Assembly (NCBI GenBank): GCA_963748625.1
Contig: CAVVJT010000010.1
Location: forward strand, 1,248,001-1,312,000
From: an uncultured Chloroflexia bacterium
Lineage (GTDB): Bacteria > Chloroflexota > Limnocylindria > Limnocylindrales > CSP1-4
Reading direction: 5' to 3'
DNA: 64,000 nt
Position numbers and translations under genes: made by a program. Position 1 is the first letter of the stretch, and each line of letters starts with the position of its first letter. The notes under the pieces were generated by a model. It did not search any database and had not been told where the DNA came from. It saw nothing but the letters and a program-made list of their open reading frames with translations. Below are positions 9,080 to 19,029 of the stretch, piece after piece.

Positions 9080-9559
9080 TCAGCGCCCGGCCGTGGCCGC
9101 CACCCGCTCGACGGGGAACTCGACGACCGTCCGGATCTGCTCCGGTGGCGTGGCCGGGTCGCTCAGGTAGACCTCCCGCGGGGCGCCGGCGACCGTCATC
9201 CCGTGCTCGGGGATCCAGCGCGCCAGGTCGCCGTAGGCGGCCCCAATGCCGTCGTACGGACCGATGTGCACGAGTGAGGCGAACGTCCCTGACGGCAGCT
9301 CCTCGACGGCCCAGCCCGCCGGGGGGACCACCGCGTGGAGGACCGGAGCGCAGACCTCGATCTCGAACGGCCGGTCGCCCTCGGGCATGCCGTGGTAGAT
9401 CACGAACGGCGGTCCGGCGGGCGCCAGGCTGCCGATGCTTCCGTACACCTCCCCGAACGCCGCGCCCAGCACCCTGCCGATCTCGGGCAGGGTGACCGCC
9501 GTCCGCTTGGCCACCACGAGGGTCGCCTCGCGCTCGCGGACCATCACCTCGCCGTCCAT
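9080..9559 (-). CDS. GyrI-like small-molecule-binding domain protein
   Basis: AGPPFVIYH, HIGPYDGIGAAY.DL..WI, GAPREVYLSDP motifs; GGAGG RBS. Confidence 0.9.
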   Translation of the reverse strand: MDGEVMVREREATLVVAKRTAVTLPEIGRVLGAAFGEVYGSIGSLAPAGPPFVIYHGMPEGDRPFEIEVCAPVLHAVVPPAGWAVEELPSGTFASLVHIGPYDGIGAAYGDLARWIPEHGMTVAGAPREVYLSDPATPPEQIRTVVEFPVERVAATAGR

Positions 9560-9715
9560 ACCGTGCCTCCTCGATTCGAGCCCGGTGGCCGGTCCGCCCG
9601 GACCGACGGTCGAGCCTGACGGCCGGCAGTGGCGAATGTCAGTGCCGATCGATCTGGAATCCGACGCCGGCTGGCGCGAGTCAGGGTCTCGATCGACCCG
9701 CCGATGCGGGTGGCG

Positions 9716-10474
9716 TCAGGCCTCGGGCTCCACCAGCTCCAGGCGGATGCGCTTGTTGATGCGGCCCTTCGACTCGTAGCCGGTGACCCGGATCGCGCCC
9801 ACCTCGCGCGTGTTGCCCACGTGCGTACCCCCGTCAGCCTGCAAGTCAAGCCCGACGATTTCCACGGTGCGAATCTGCTCGATCCCAGGCGGCAGAAGGT
9901 TGACCTTCGTGCGGATCAGGTCAGGAATGGCGAAGGCCAGGTCGCGCGGCAGCACCTGCACCCGGATGTCCCGGGCAAGCCGCAGCTCCTCGTTGACCTT
10001 GGCCTCGATCGCCCCCACGAGCTCGCCCGACATCGTCTCGAACTCGAAGTCCATCCGCCCGGCCCCGGGCTCCATGTTGCCGCCGGTGACCGACGCGCCA
10101 TAGTCCCGCCAGACCACGCCGCACAGGGCATGGAGCGCCGTGTGCGTCCGCATCAACGCGTACCGGCGCGCCCACTCGAGGTCCGCCTCCACCAGGTCGC
10201 CGGCGCGCGGCAGCTCGCCATCGACGGGGACCTCGAGCTCGTGGACGATCTCCCCGCCCAGGCGGCGCGCGGCGCGAACGGTCCATGTCCGCCCGTCCGA
10301 GCCTCGCAGGATCATGCCCCGGTCGGAGGGCTGGCCACCGCCACCGGGATAGAACTGCGTGGTGTCCAGGACCACGAGGGGCGGCCCGCCCGCCGCCGTC
10401 ACCTCAAGGATGCGTGCCGGGACGTGGCGCAGGTAGGCGTCCCGGTAGCAGACCTCGTCGACGCGCGGCGTCAT
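9716..10474 (-). CDS. alaX: Alanyl-tRNA editing protein (AlaX-M type)
   Basis: LDTTQFYPGGGGQPSDRG, MRTHTALH (HxxxH) and DLQADGGTHV motifs. Confidence 0.9.
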   Translation of the reverse strand: MTPRVDEVCYRDAYLRHVPARILEVTAAGGPPLVVLDTTQFYPGGGGQPSDRGMILRGSDGRTWTVRAARRLGGEIVHELEVPVDGELPRAGDLVEADLEWARRYALMRTHTALHALCGVVWRDYGASVTGGNMEPGAGRMDFEFETMSGELVGAIEAKVNEELRLARDIRVQVLPRDLAFAIPDLIRTKVNLLPPGIEQIRTVEIVGLDLQADGGTHVGNTREVGAIRVTGYESKGRINKRIRLELVEPEA

Positions 10475-10484
10475 GGCGTGTGCG

Positions 10485-10964
10485 TCAGCCGCCGACCTTG
10501 AGGTTCCCGACCATGTTCGGGTGGACCGTGCACACAAAGGCGTAGTCGCCCGCGGCCAGGGCGTTCACCTGGTACTGGGTGACGATCGGCCCGGTGACGA
10601 GATCGCCCTTCCAGACCGACATGTTCATCGAGTCCTTGATCTCGACGTTGTGCGGGATACCGGCGTCCTGGTTGTCGAACTCGATGACGAAGTCGGCGTC
10701 CGCGGGGGCCGTGAGCTCGATCGGGTCGAACGCGATGTTGGCCGCGACGAGCTTCAAGGCCCCGGCGGTGTTGCCACCGTCGGTGGGCACCTCGGTCTCG
10801 CCGGCGGGCACCGGGGTGGGCTCACCCGTGGCCGACGACGGGGCGGGCGTCACGGCCGGGGCCGGCGTGGGCGGCGCGAACGTCCAGCCGGGTGCGGACG
10901 ACGAGCAGGCGGCGAGGAGCAAGGCGCTGGCGGCCAGGGCCAGGGCGGGGATGGGGCGACGCAT
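10485..10964 (-). CDS. Cupredoxin / plastocyanin-like lipoprotein
   Basis: Lipobox LLAAC; type-1 Cu ligands PHNV...FVCTVHPNM. Confidence 0.9.
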   Translation of the reverse strand: MRRPIPALALAASALLLAACSSSAPGWTFAPPTPAPAVTPAPSSATGEPTPVPAGETEVPTDGGNTAGALKLVAANIAFDPIELTAPADADFVIEFDNQDAGIPHNVEIKDSMNMSVWKGDLVTGPIVTQYQVNALAAGDYAFVCTVHPNMVGNLKVGG

Positions 10965-11268
10965 GGAGACCTCAGGAGAAAAGCAGAGTTGACCGGTCAG
11001 GATTGCGGAGAATCTACCGAATGATCGTGGCACGTGTCGCCGGACGTGCTCCGGGCACATCGTCCAGGGCCGATCGGACGTGTCTCGGGTAGCCAGCGCC
11101 GGCGGCGCGGTGGGTGGGCAGCGCCGGCGGCGCCGTGCTGACTCCGGTGGGAGTCGAGGACGGGGCCGCCATGCAGGGCGCGTGCACGCAAGTCGGGGTT
11201 ACGTGCGCGGCCGCTGCTCAGGCCAGGCGCCGGTGACTCGGAGCGGAGTCAGGGATCTCCGACAAGGG

Positions 11269-14200
11269 CTACCGGCCCCTCCCGTGGCCGGCCGTCTCAA
11301 GCCCCAGGCGGATCGCCACGGCCGCGGCCTCGACGCGCCCCGACACCCCGAGTTTGGACAGGATGTTGCCGACGTGCACGCCAACCGTCTTCTGGCTGAT
11401 GAAGAGCCGGTCGCCGATCTCACGGTTCGTGCGGCCCTGGGCGATCAGGCCCAGGACCTCCAGCTCCCGCTTCGAGAGGCCGAACGTGTCACCACCGGGT
11501 CGCGGAGCCGGGACAGGCGCGAGCTGGGAGAGCCCGACGTTGGCGTCGGAGACCGGGCCGGGCGTGACCTGGGCCCGCGGTCCGGCCGGCGCGGCAGCGG
11601 GCTCGCCCAGGACCACGTCCACGTCGAGGGGCAGGGGGATCATCGCCCGGGTCGCCAGCTCGCGGAGACGCCGCAGGAGCGGCCGCGCGCGGAGGTCCAG
11701 GGCGAGCGCCACGGCGGCGAGCAGGGGTTCGCGGGCGTCGGCTCGGACCAGGCGCGCATCGGTTCGATCGCGAGCGCCGCCGGGCCCGGCGATGGCACCG
11801 CTCAGGATCGCCTCGGCCTGGTGCCAGCGGGCGCGCGCCTCCCGGTATGGATCGCCGATGCGCTGCCAACGCTGGGCGAGGTCATCCCAGCGTGCTGGAT
11901 CGTCGCGGCCGGTGAGGCGGGCGTGGAACGCGCGGGCCTGTGCGAGGCTGGCCTCGGGTTCGGCCGTACCGCTTCCGCCGTCCGAGCGGGCTCGGGCGAC
12001 CGCCGCCTCGGCCTCGGCCAGGATGCGCCCGGCGCGCTCGCGCGAGGCCGCCACGTCGCCGATCCGACGCCGCTCCAGGGCCTCGGCAACCAGCGCCGCC
12101 TCCACCTCGAGGACCGTGGCCGCCATCCGCGCCACCAGCACCCAGTCCTCCGTGCCGCGCAGGCGGGCCCAGCCGCGCTCGGCCGCCCGACGCGCATCGG
12201 CAAGATCACCCGACCACAGCGCGTACGAGACCGTCGCCTGGTAGGCCGGGATGGCGAACTGCAGGTCGCCCCCGGTCTCGAGCTCCACCAGGATCCGCCC
12301 GAGCAGGCGGCCCGCCTCCTCGCCCGCCTCGGACTCGATCTCCACGAGGACGAGATTCAGGATGGCGTTGACGAACGTGATGCCGGCAGGGCTCCAGTCC
12401 AGCGCGCGCAGGCACAGCTCGCGGGCCTCCGACCACCGGCCGACATCCACCAGGATCCCGGCCACGTTGCCGCCCAGGAGGTTGCCGTACACCGCGTCCA
12501 GGTCGAGTGCCCGGGCCTCGTCCATCGCCGCAAACGTCGTCTCCACCGCTTCGCCGGGCCGGCCGAGCAATTCGAGGATGACCGCCGAGTTCGCGATCGC
12601 CCGCCACCACTCCTCCACCAGTCCCGCCGCCCGGGCGCGCTCCACGGCCTCCCGCAGGAGCGGCAGCGCGCCCTCGGGATCGTCCCCCCAGCCGCGGACC
12701 ACCGCGAGCGTCGTCATCGCGTGGATCGCCTCGGGCTCCGCCTCGTCGCCCAGCGCGGCGGCAACCCCCAGGGCCGCCTCAGCGGACAGGGCCGCATCGG
12801 AGAAGGCGCCCGCGATCATCCGCTCCTGCGCCAGCAGCGCGAGGATGCGGGCCCGGTCCACCGTGGGTTCGGACGGCGCCGCATCCACGGCGCGCCGGAG
12901 GGCCGCGGTGGCGCCCGCGACGTCCCCGCCGGCCAGGCGGTACCGCCCGAGACGGGCTTCGAGGACCGCGCGCGCAAGACGGTCCGACCGCTCGCCCAGC
13001 GACCCCAGCGCGCTCTCCGCGTAGGCCACCGCGCGGGTGGGCCGCATCGCGGCATACGCAGCCTCCGCCGCGAGCGCGGCAAGGGACGCCTGGGAGTCGC
13101 CCGCTGCGGCGTCGTCCGTCGCGGCATCGCCGGCCGCGTCGTCCGCGCCCGCAGGCAGGGCCCCCTCGAAAGCCAGGACCGGCAGATCCAGCCCTCGCTC
13201 GAAGGCGGCAAGGGCGTCCTGCGGCGCCTCGCGGGCCATGGCGAGCCGGCCGGCAGCAATGGCGGCCCGCCGGGCCTCGGTGAGCCGGTGGGCGCTCCGC
13301 CAGTAGGCCGCCGCCACGGACGGCGTGTCCTCGAAGGCCTTCGCGAGCGCCGCCCGGTAGCGCGGCCGCTGCGACGGGAGGAGGTCGGCGACGATGGCGC
13401 GGGCAACCAGCTCGTGGCGGATGAAGAGCCGGTCCCGGTCGTCGGGCCGGACGAAGCCGTGCTCGAGTGCCTCGGCGAGGCCTGCCGCGAGATCGGGGTC
13501 CAGGCCGTCCACCGCCCGGCGGGGCGCGGACGTCGAGCGTGGTGCCTGGCGCACCCCGGTGGCCGATGACTCGAACGCCGCCGAGGCGAGGGCGATCTGT
13601 GAGCGGTCCATCGGCCGCTCGGCGGGGGCGAGCAGGCGGAGCAGCCGCCGGCACTCCGGTGAGCGGCGGCCCAGCCGTGCGGCGGCGAGGTCCGCCAGGG
13701 TCCCGGTGAGCGTGGCGTTGCGCAGCTCGCGGCGGGCTGCCACCAGCTCCTCGACCACCAGCGGCACCCCTGCCGACCGTTCGGCCACCAGCACCACGAT
13801 GGACGCCGATGGCCGCTCGCCTTCGATGCCCTCGATGAGCGCGGCGATCTCGCCCCGGGACAGCGGCTGGAGCGTGATGTGGACCGGCGGCCGGAGCCCC
13901 GCCTCGATCACGGCCAGGCTCTCGCGCAGCGCGTGCTCGCGGGTGAGACGGTCAGGCTGGTAGGTGAGCACGAGCGTGATCCGCTCGGCGCGGGCGAGAC
14001 GGGCGAGGAAGGTCGCGAAGGCACGGGTGGCCGCATCGGCGACGTGGAGATCCTCGAGGACCAGGACGATCGGCCGCTCCGCGGCGACGCGGCCGAGCCA
14101 GCGCAGCAGTGACTCCAGGGCGCGCGGCTGACGTCGCTCCGGGTCGGCGAGGGCGCTCGAGTGCGTGGATGGCTCGCGAGCTGCGAGGGCGGCCATCGCA

Positions 14201-14538
14201 GGCAGGGCGGAGAGGACCGGGCGCGCATCGCGGCGGAGGAGCGCGGCCACCTCGTCACGGGGACGGGCGGCCAGGAGGGGCTCGAGGGCATCGAGGACGG
14301 CCGCCCACGGCGGGTCGACAGGCCCGTGGGCGCGACCCCGCAGGACGAGCGGGGCATCGGCTCCGGCGGCGACGCGGTCGAACGCCTCGTCAAGGAAGCG
14401 CGTCACGCCGATTCCGGCGCTGCCGGCGACAAGGACGGTGGTGGCCGCACCCGAGGCCGATGCAGCGAACGCGGACGCGATGCGCCCGAGCTCGGCCTCC
14501 CGCCCGATGTAGCTTCGGCTGACGACACGGCCTGGCAT
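11269..14538 (-). CDS. LuxR-family large regulator (AAA_16/STAND NTPase, TPR-like helices, HTH)
   Basis: YIGREAEL, GSAGIGVT (degenerate Walker A), LVLEDLHVAD, C-terminal LSKRELEVLGLIAQGRTNREIGDRLFISQKTVGVHVGNILSKL. Start at ATG 14538 behind TACAAT. Confidence 0.92.
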   Translation of the reverse strand: MPGRVVSRSYIGREAELGRIASAFAASASGAATTVLVAGSAGIGVTRFLDEAFDRVAAGADAPLVLRGRAHGPVDPPWAAVLDALEPLLAARPRDEVAALLRRDARPVLSALPAMAALAAREPSTHSSALADPERRQPRALESLLRWLGRVAAERPIVLVLEDLHVADAATRAFATFLARLARAERITLVLTYQPDRLTREHALRESLAVIEAGLRPPVHITLQPLSRGEIAALIEGIEGERPSASIVVLVAERSAGVPLVVEELVAARRELRNATLTGTLADLAAARLGRRSPECRRLLRLLAPAERPMDRSQIALASAAFESSATGVRQAPRSTSAPRRAVDGLDPDLAAGLAEALEHGFVRPDDRDRLFIRHELVARAIVADLLPSQRPRYRAALAKAFEDTPSVAAAYWRSAHRLTEARRAAIAAGRLAMAREAPQDALAAFERGLDLPVLAFEGALPAGADDAAGDAATDDAAAGDSQASLAALAAEAAYAAMRPTRAVAYAESALGSLGERSDRLARAVLEARLGRYRLAGGDVAGATAALRRAVDAAPSEPTVDRARILALLAQERMIAGAFSDAALSAEAALGVAAALGDEAEPEAIHAMTTLAVVRGWGDDPEGALPLLREAVERARAAGLVEEWWRAIANSAVILELLGRPGEAVETTFAAMDEARALDLDAVYGNLLGGNVAGILVDVGRWSEARELCLRALDWSPAGITFVNAILNLVLVEIESEAGEEAGRLLGRILVELETGGDLQFAIPAYQATVSYALWSGDLADARRAAERGWARLRGTEDWVLVARMAATVLEVEAALVAEALERRRIGDVAASRERAGRILAEAEAAVARARSDGGSGTAEPEASLAQARAFHARLTGRDDPARWDDLAQRWQRIGDPYREARARWHQAEAILSGAIAGPGGARDRTDARLVRADAREPLLAAVALALDLRARPLLRRLRELATRAMIPLPLDVDVVLGEPAAAPAGPRAQVTPGPVSDANVGLSQLAPVPAPRPGGDTFGLSKRELEVLGLIAQGRTNREIGDRLFISQKTVGVHVGNILSKLGVSGRVEAAAVAIRLGLETAGHGRGR

Positions 14539-14622
14539 CTTCGCATTGTAGGAGCGTCCCGGGCCTCCTTCGGTGGTTGTCCCGTTCCCCGCCGAGACCG
14601 GCGCGCCCGGTACGCTGCCCGG

Positions 14623-15582
14623 GTGCAGCCACGCCGCCCGCCCCACCCCGCCAACGACCTGAACGAGCTGCCCGGCGAGGAGTGGCTCTACTTCACCAAG
14701 TCCGTGTGGACGTCGGCCTATCCGTCGGAGCTGGGGCACGCCCGGCGCAAGGCGCACGGGGCCAACAAGCCGCCGCGGCTCATGGCGCGCCTGGTCGAGT
14801 TCTTCACGAAGTCCGGCGAGCTGGTGCTCGATCCGTTCGCGGGCGTCGGTGGGACCCTGCTGGGCGCGGCGATCGCCCGGGGGCCGCGGCGGGCCATCGG
14901 CCTGGAGCTTGACCCCCGGTGGGCCACCGTCTACCACGAGACGGTGGCGGCGCTCGCTGCCGAGAACGACGGGCGCGGGCCGGTGATCGTGGACCTGGGT
15001 CCCAACGACCCGGGTGGCGAGCGCACCTTCGACCCGTCCGGATGCGAGCTCCGCGAGGGCGACGCACGTGTCCTGCTGCGGGCCATCCCAGACGCGTCGG
15101 TTGACTTCGTCGCCACCGATCCGCCCTACAACGTCCAGCTGCGCATGACGATGGCCGGCGGCAAGCTCGCCGAGACCCATCAAAACCGCCGAACGGACTA
15201 CTCGATGGTCTCGGACCTGCCGGGCGATCTCGCCAACCTGCCGGACTACCCGGCGTACCTCGACGCGATGGCGGAGATCCTCGGTGAGGTGCACCGGGTG
15301 CTCCGGCCGGGCCGGTACGCCGCGCTGATCGTGCGCGACGCCTACCAGGGCGGCCGCTACCTGTTCACTGCTGCAGACCTGGCCGCACGGGCCGATGCCG
15401 CCGGGCTCGTGCCCAAGGGCGACATCGCGTGGTACCAGGCCGGCACGAGGCTGCGGCCGTACGGGTACCCGCGCGTCTTCGTGCCGAACATCGCCCACCA
15501 GCACATCGTGATCCTGCGCAAGCCGCCGGAGGCACGGCGCCCGACGTCGCGCCGTCCGACGTCGCCCCGGGAGGAGTCCTAG
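14623..15582 (+). CDS. Orphan amino (N6-adenine/N4-cytosine) methyltransferase
   Basis: [17 protein letters not shown] (motif I), [16 protein letters not shown] (motif IV), [12 protein letters not shown] start behind TACGCT. Confidence 0.85.
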   Translation: MQPRRPPHPANDLNELPGEEWLYFTKSVWTSAYPSELGHARRKAHGANKPPRLMARLVEFFTKSGELVLDPFAGVGGTLLGAAIARGPRRAIGLELDPRWATVYHETVAALAAENDGRGPVIVDLGPNDPGGERTFDPSGCELREGDARVLLRAIPDASVDFVATDPPYNVQLRMTMAGGKLAETHQNRRTDYSMVSDLPGDLANLPDYPAYLDAMAEILGEVHRVLRPGRYAALIVRDAYQGGRYLFTAADLAARADAAGLVPKGDIAWYQAGTRLRPYGYPRVFVPNIAHQHIVILRKPPEARRPTSRRPTSPREES

Positions 15583-17402
15583 GGCTGCTGCCCCCCGAAC
15601 TGCTCGCGCGCCTGCTGGTAGGCACGGAGCACGTCCTCGAAGCCGCCCGTCGAAGGGCCATCGTCGGCGGAGGTCCACGTTGCCGCCTGGGAGCCCGGTT
15701 CGATCACGGCGTCACCGAGCGTCGTCTTGTGCAGCCAGCCCTCAGTGCCGTTCGGGCACAGGACGCGCCAGTACATGCCGTGCTTCTCGACCAGGACCAC
15801 CTCGTCGCCATGGTCCAGCACGCCGATCTCGCGACCGGTCACCTCGTCGGGCGCTGAGAGCAGGCTCACAAGGCGGTAGCGGATGAGGCGGCGTTCGAGG
15901 CCGCTGACCGCGGCATCGGCGGAGCCCTGGAAGGTGAGCTTGACCGAGCTCACCGGCGCGCTGCGGATCGGGTCGTTCTTGCGGGCCTCAATCAGGGACG
16001 GGCGCCGCCAACGGGGCAGATGGGCATCGATGTCACCCACGCCGACGACCGGCATCACAGCGGCCTGCACGGCAGCTGCCGCAGCGGCGGCGATGACCGG
16101 CGTCGGGGACACCGGCACCGGAGCGACGGCGATGCCCGCCGGGACGAACCCCAGGCCTCGGGCGGCTGCGTCGCCCAGCACCGCGTCGGACGCGGTCTGC
16201 TGCTCGTCGCGCTTGCGCTTCCCGAAGGCGAGAAACGCCATGCCCATCGCGACGGCACCCGTGGTCGCCACGAGCACCGGGGCAGCTTGGAGCAGCATCG
16301 CAAGCAACGAGGGTGAGCCACCAGGCAGGCCGGCGCTGTCGTCCACGATCCCGCCGGGACCGGTCCCGCCGGCGGGCGAGCTTCCGGATCCGGAGCCACC
16401 CGACCCGCCTGCTCCACCGGGCCCACCCCGGCCATCGATACCTGCCGCCAGGCCCGTGAGTCCAAGGGCGACGCCAGTCTCGTGCGAGGCGTCGTCGGAT
16501 GCCGCGGCGTCGGGGGCGGTCGAGCCAGCGGGCGTCTCGGGCGCTGCCGCAGGATCGCCCGTCTGCTCGGGCTGGGCCGGGTCCGCGGATCCAGGGGCCG
16601 CCGTGGGCTTCGGAGTCGGCTTCGGAGTGGGCTTGGGCCTGGGGGTCGCCTTGGGGGTCGCCTTGGGGGTCGCCTTGGGCTTCGGCGTTGGTGATGCCGT
16701 CGGCTTGGGGGTCGCCCTAGGGGTCGCGGTGGCCCTGGGGGTCGCGGTGGCCCTGGGGGCGGGCGTCGCGGTCGGCTTGGGCGTGGGCGCCGGTGTCGCG
16801 GTCGGCTTGGGCGTGGGCGCCGGTGTCGCGGTCGGCTTGGGCGTGGGCGCCGGTGTCGCGGTCGGCTTGGGCGTGGGCGCCGGTGTCGCGGTCGGCTTGG
16901 GCGTGGGCGCCGGTGTCGGCTTGGGCGTGGGCGCCGGTGTCGGCTTGGGCGTGGGCGCCGGTGTCGGCTTGGGCGTGGGCGTCGGCGCTCCCGTGATCGT
17001 CACGTTGGGTCCGTCGATGTCCGCGTAGGTGTCGTTGCGATCGGTGGCGCTGTAGCGCGCCCCCCAGCTTCCGGCCGGGAGCTTGGTCGTGACCTCGAAG
17101 CGCACACCTCGCCGCCAGGAGTCGCCCAGCGGCTGCATCTCGTACGTGGAACCCGCAACCCGGAGGCGGACGTAATCCGGGGCAAGCCCCTCGCTGTTCT
17201 CATACTCGACGGCGAAGGTGATCTTCGTGTCCGTCGTGCCGCTCGAGGGCGAGGCACCCTTGTTGACCAGCGTGATCTTCGGGGACGAGCCGTTCGGGCC
17301 AGGCGCGGCGCGGGGTCCCGTGGGGGCCGCCGCTGCGGGCAGCGCCGTCGCAACGATCAGCAGGAGCGCAGCAAGCCAGGCCCTGACCGCAGGAGCGGCC
17401 AT
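15579..17402 (-). CDS. Single-pass surface protein: signal peptide, Ig-like domain, PT/PK repeat stalk, TM, C-terminal SH3-like domain
   Basis: Signal peptide; ([10 protein letters not shown])n; TM followed by GKRKR; C-terminal LLSAPDE...[33 protein letters not shown] (SH3b pattern). Confidence 0.8.
   Translation of the reverse strand: MAAPAVRAWLAALLLIVATALPAAAAPTGPRAAPGPNGSSPKITLVNKGASPSSGTTDTKITFAVEYENSEGLAPDYVRLRVAGSTYEMQPLGDSWRRGVRFEVTTKLPAGSWGARYSATDRNDTYADIDGPNVTITGAPTPTPKPTPAPTPKPTPAPTPKPTPAPTPKPTATPAPTPKPTATPAPTPKPTATPAPTPKPTATPAPTPKPTATPAPRATATPRATATPRATPKPTASPTPKPKATPKATPKATPRPKPTPKPTPKPTAAPGSADPAQPEQTGDPAAAPETPAGSTAPDAAASDDASHETGVALGLTGLAAGIDGRGGPGGAGGSGGSGSGSSPAGGTGPGGIVDDSAGLPGGSPSLLAMLLQAAPVLVATTGAVAMGMAFLAFGKRKRDEQQTASDAVLGDAAARGLGFVPAGIAVAPVPVSPTPVIAAAAAAAVQAAVMPVVGVGDIDAHLPRWRRPSLIEARKNDPIRSAPVSSVKLTFQGSADAAVSGLERRLIRYRLVSLLSAPDEVTGREIGVLDHGDEVVLVEKHGMYWRVLCPNGTEGWLHKTTLGDAVIEPGSQAATWTSADDGPSTGGFEDVLRAYQQAREQFGGQQP
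16600..16990. repeat. Coding tandem repeats (30-bp and 24-bp units) encoding the Pro/Thr/Lys stalk
   Basis: Near-perfect GGTGTCGCGGTCGGCTTGGGCGTGGGCGCC units and GGTGTCGGCTTGGGCGTGGGCGCC units, in frame with the CDS. Confidence 0.95.
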
Positions 17403-17730
17403 GGTTCGCGCAGGGCGGACGAGCTGCTTCACGAGGATCGCCACAAGCGGCTTCCTGCCTCCAAGTCCCCGGACAACGGGGGGTGCGAGGTGGAGCATGC
17501 TCGCCAGCCTGGCCGCGTTCTATGGTACGGGGGTCCCATCACGACGTGAACGCCCGGCCCAGTGTCCGGAGGCCGGGCGGATGCCGGTGCGACAGGTTCC
17601 GGTGCGCCCGCGCACCGGCCGTTGGGGGGGGATTGGTGGGGTCTGCGGGGGTGAGGAGCCCCGATCCTCCCACCGGCGTAGTCGCATCCGGCTACTGGCG
17701 CTTCGCGCGCGAAAGACCGACTGTTCAGCC

Positions 17731-18489
17731 ATGCAGGTCATCTCCGCTTCCCGCTCGGCGCCCCGAGCGGACCGCGTCGCCGTCGCCCGGTCCCTGCTCG
17801 TGGCCACGCTGCTTGTCGCGGCCGGCACATCCCTGGGCTGGCTGTGCCTCGGCACGCCGCTCGTGAGCGCCTACACGCCAGCCGGCTGGGTCTCAGCCTC
17901 CGAACTGGCGGTCGGGGTGCTGGTCTGGGGCTTCGCGATCTTCGTACCGGCGAGCTTCCTGCTGCTGGGCGTCGCCCAACTCGCCGTGATCGTGGACGAC
18001 CTCAACGCAGGCCGGCCGCGGTCGCTGACTCCCCAGCTGGCCTCGGCACTCGGGTCCGACCACCTTGCCGCCACGGACCTCGTGCTGCCGGGCGGCCGAC
18101 GTGTGAACGAGCTCGTCATGGGCCCGTTCGGGATCGTCGTCTTCGGCGAGGTCCCGCCGGCGTCCATCAGCCGGTTCGTCGGTTCGCGCTGGGAGATCAA
18201 GGACACGAAGGGCCGCTGGATCCCCATCGAAGGGCCGGTTGAGCGTGTGACGCGAGACGCGGAGCGGGTGCGGGGCTGGCTCAGCGACGATGACCGAGAC
18301 TTCGTCGTGCGGGTCTACGCGGCGGTCGTCACCGACGACCCGCGCATCCAGCGCAGCCCGACCTGTGCGGTGATCTCCCCGGCGGACCTGACCTCATGGC
18401 TGGCCGCGCTGCCGTTCCAACGGGGACTCACGGCGGACCGCCGGGAGCGCCTTGCCGGAATGATCTGGCAGGTCGCGGCGCGCAGGTAG
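17731..18489 (+). CDS. Membrane-anchored NERD-like domain protein (degenerate active site)
   Basis: Two TM helices, then DLVLPGGRRVNELVMGPFGIVVF and PVERVTRDAERVR, a NERD-like pattern. Confidence 0.6.
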   Translation: MQVISASRSAPRADRVAVARSLLVATLLVAAGTSLGWLCLGTPLVSAYTPAGWVSASELAVGVLVWGFAIFVPASFLLLGVAQLAVIVDDLNAGRPRSLTPQLASALGSDHLAATDLVLPGGRRVNELVMGPFGIVVFGEVPPASISRFVGSRWEIKDTKGRWIPIEGPVERVTRDAERVRGWLSDDDRDFVVRVYAAVVTDDPRIQRSPTCAVISPADLTSWLAALPFQRGLTADRRERLAGMIWQVAARR

Positions 18490-18501
18490 TCCGACCTGCC
18501 G

Positions 18502-18945
18502 CTAGGCCTCCGAGGCCGCGGCTCCGACGGCGATCCGCACGCGGTTGACGGCCTCGGCTTCCTTCTCCGACGTCCCGTCCACGCCGTCGGCGACGATCGT
18601 CGCAAGCGCGACCACCAGGTCGCGGAAGTCCGCGAGGTCCTCGGGAGCCTTCGCCTCCACCAGAGCCGCACCGGCGCGGATGTGGGCCAGCGCCGGCTCG
18701 CCGGCAAGATCCTCGCGGTTCTGCACGTCGTGGGGCTTCTTGCGGCCCTGGTGCTTCGCGAGGTCCGCGACCAGAGGGTTCCCATCTGTCGTGAGCGTGG
18801 CGAGGAACCGGCTGCCCGCAGCGGCCTCCTTCATCGAGTCCCAGAAGCCCGGGTAGTCCGAGCCACTGATATGGGAGCCGGCCATCATGACCGCCCACTG
18901 GAGCTGCTCCCACTCATCTTCGGTGAACGTGCGTCGGTCGCCCAT
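18502..18945 (-). CDS. Conserved hypothetical helical protein
   Basis: FTEDEWEQL...VADGVDGTSEKEAEAV; GAGG RBS; good codon bias. Confidence 0.75.
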   Translation of the reverse strand: MGDRRTFTEDEWEQLQWAVMMAGSHISGSDYPGFWDSMKEAAAGSRFLATLTTDGNPLVADLAKHQGRKKPHDVQNREDLAGEPALAHIRAGAALVEAKAPEDLADFRDLVVALATIVADGVDGTSEKEAEAVNRVRIAVGAAASEA

Positions 18946-19029
18946 CTGATCCTCCCTCGTTGATCCCGGGTGGTGGCAGGCGCCTCCGCGGCCTTGGAGA
19001 GCAGCGAAGGCGGCGGTGTCGCGAGCCGG

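Noticed and set aside
9820-9850. AlaX zinc motif DGGTH instead of CGGTH
   Set aside because: QADGGTH is a known common variant in AlaX-M proteins, so not novel.
11080-13569. Long antisense or alternative-frame ORFs (also 48365..52324, 21203..23644, 55222..56838, 62686..63969 and many others)
   Set aside because: Shadow ORFs caused by high GC; Arg/Gly/Pro-rich with no motifs, lying opposite well-supported genes.
14539-15678. Apparent 1469-aa LuxR protein and 933-aa ligase (27751..30552) as novel fusions
   Set aside because: The N-terminal extensions are antisense to real genes (MTase, GNAT); true starts at 14538 and 29448 are supported by -10 elements.
16600-16990. Regular repeats resembling a CRISPR array
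   Set aside because: No unique spacers; in-frame coding repeats; no cas genes in the window.
14623-18489. MTase plus NERD-like protein as a restriction-modification or defence system
   Set aside because: Not adjacent or co-transcribed; the NERD-like protein is membrane-anchored and lacks catalytic residues.
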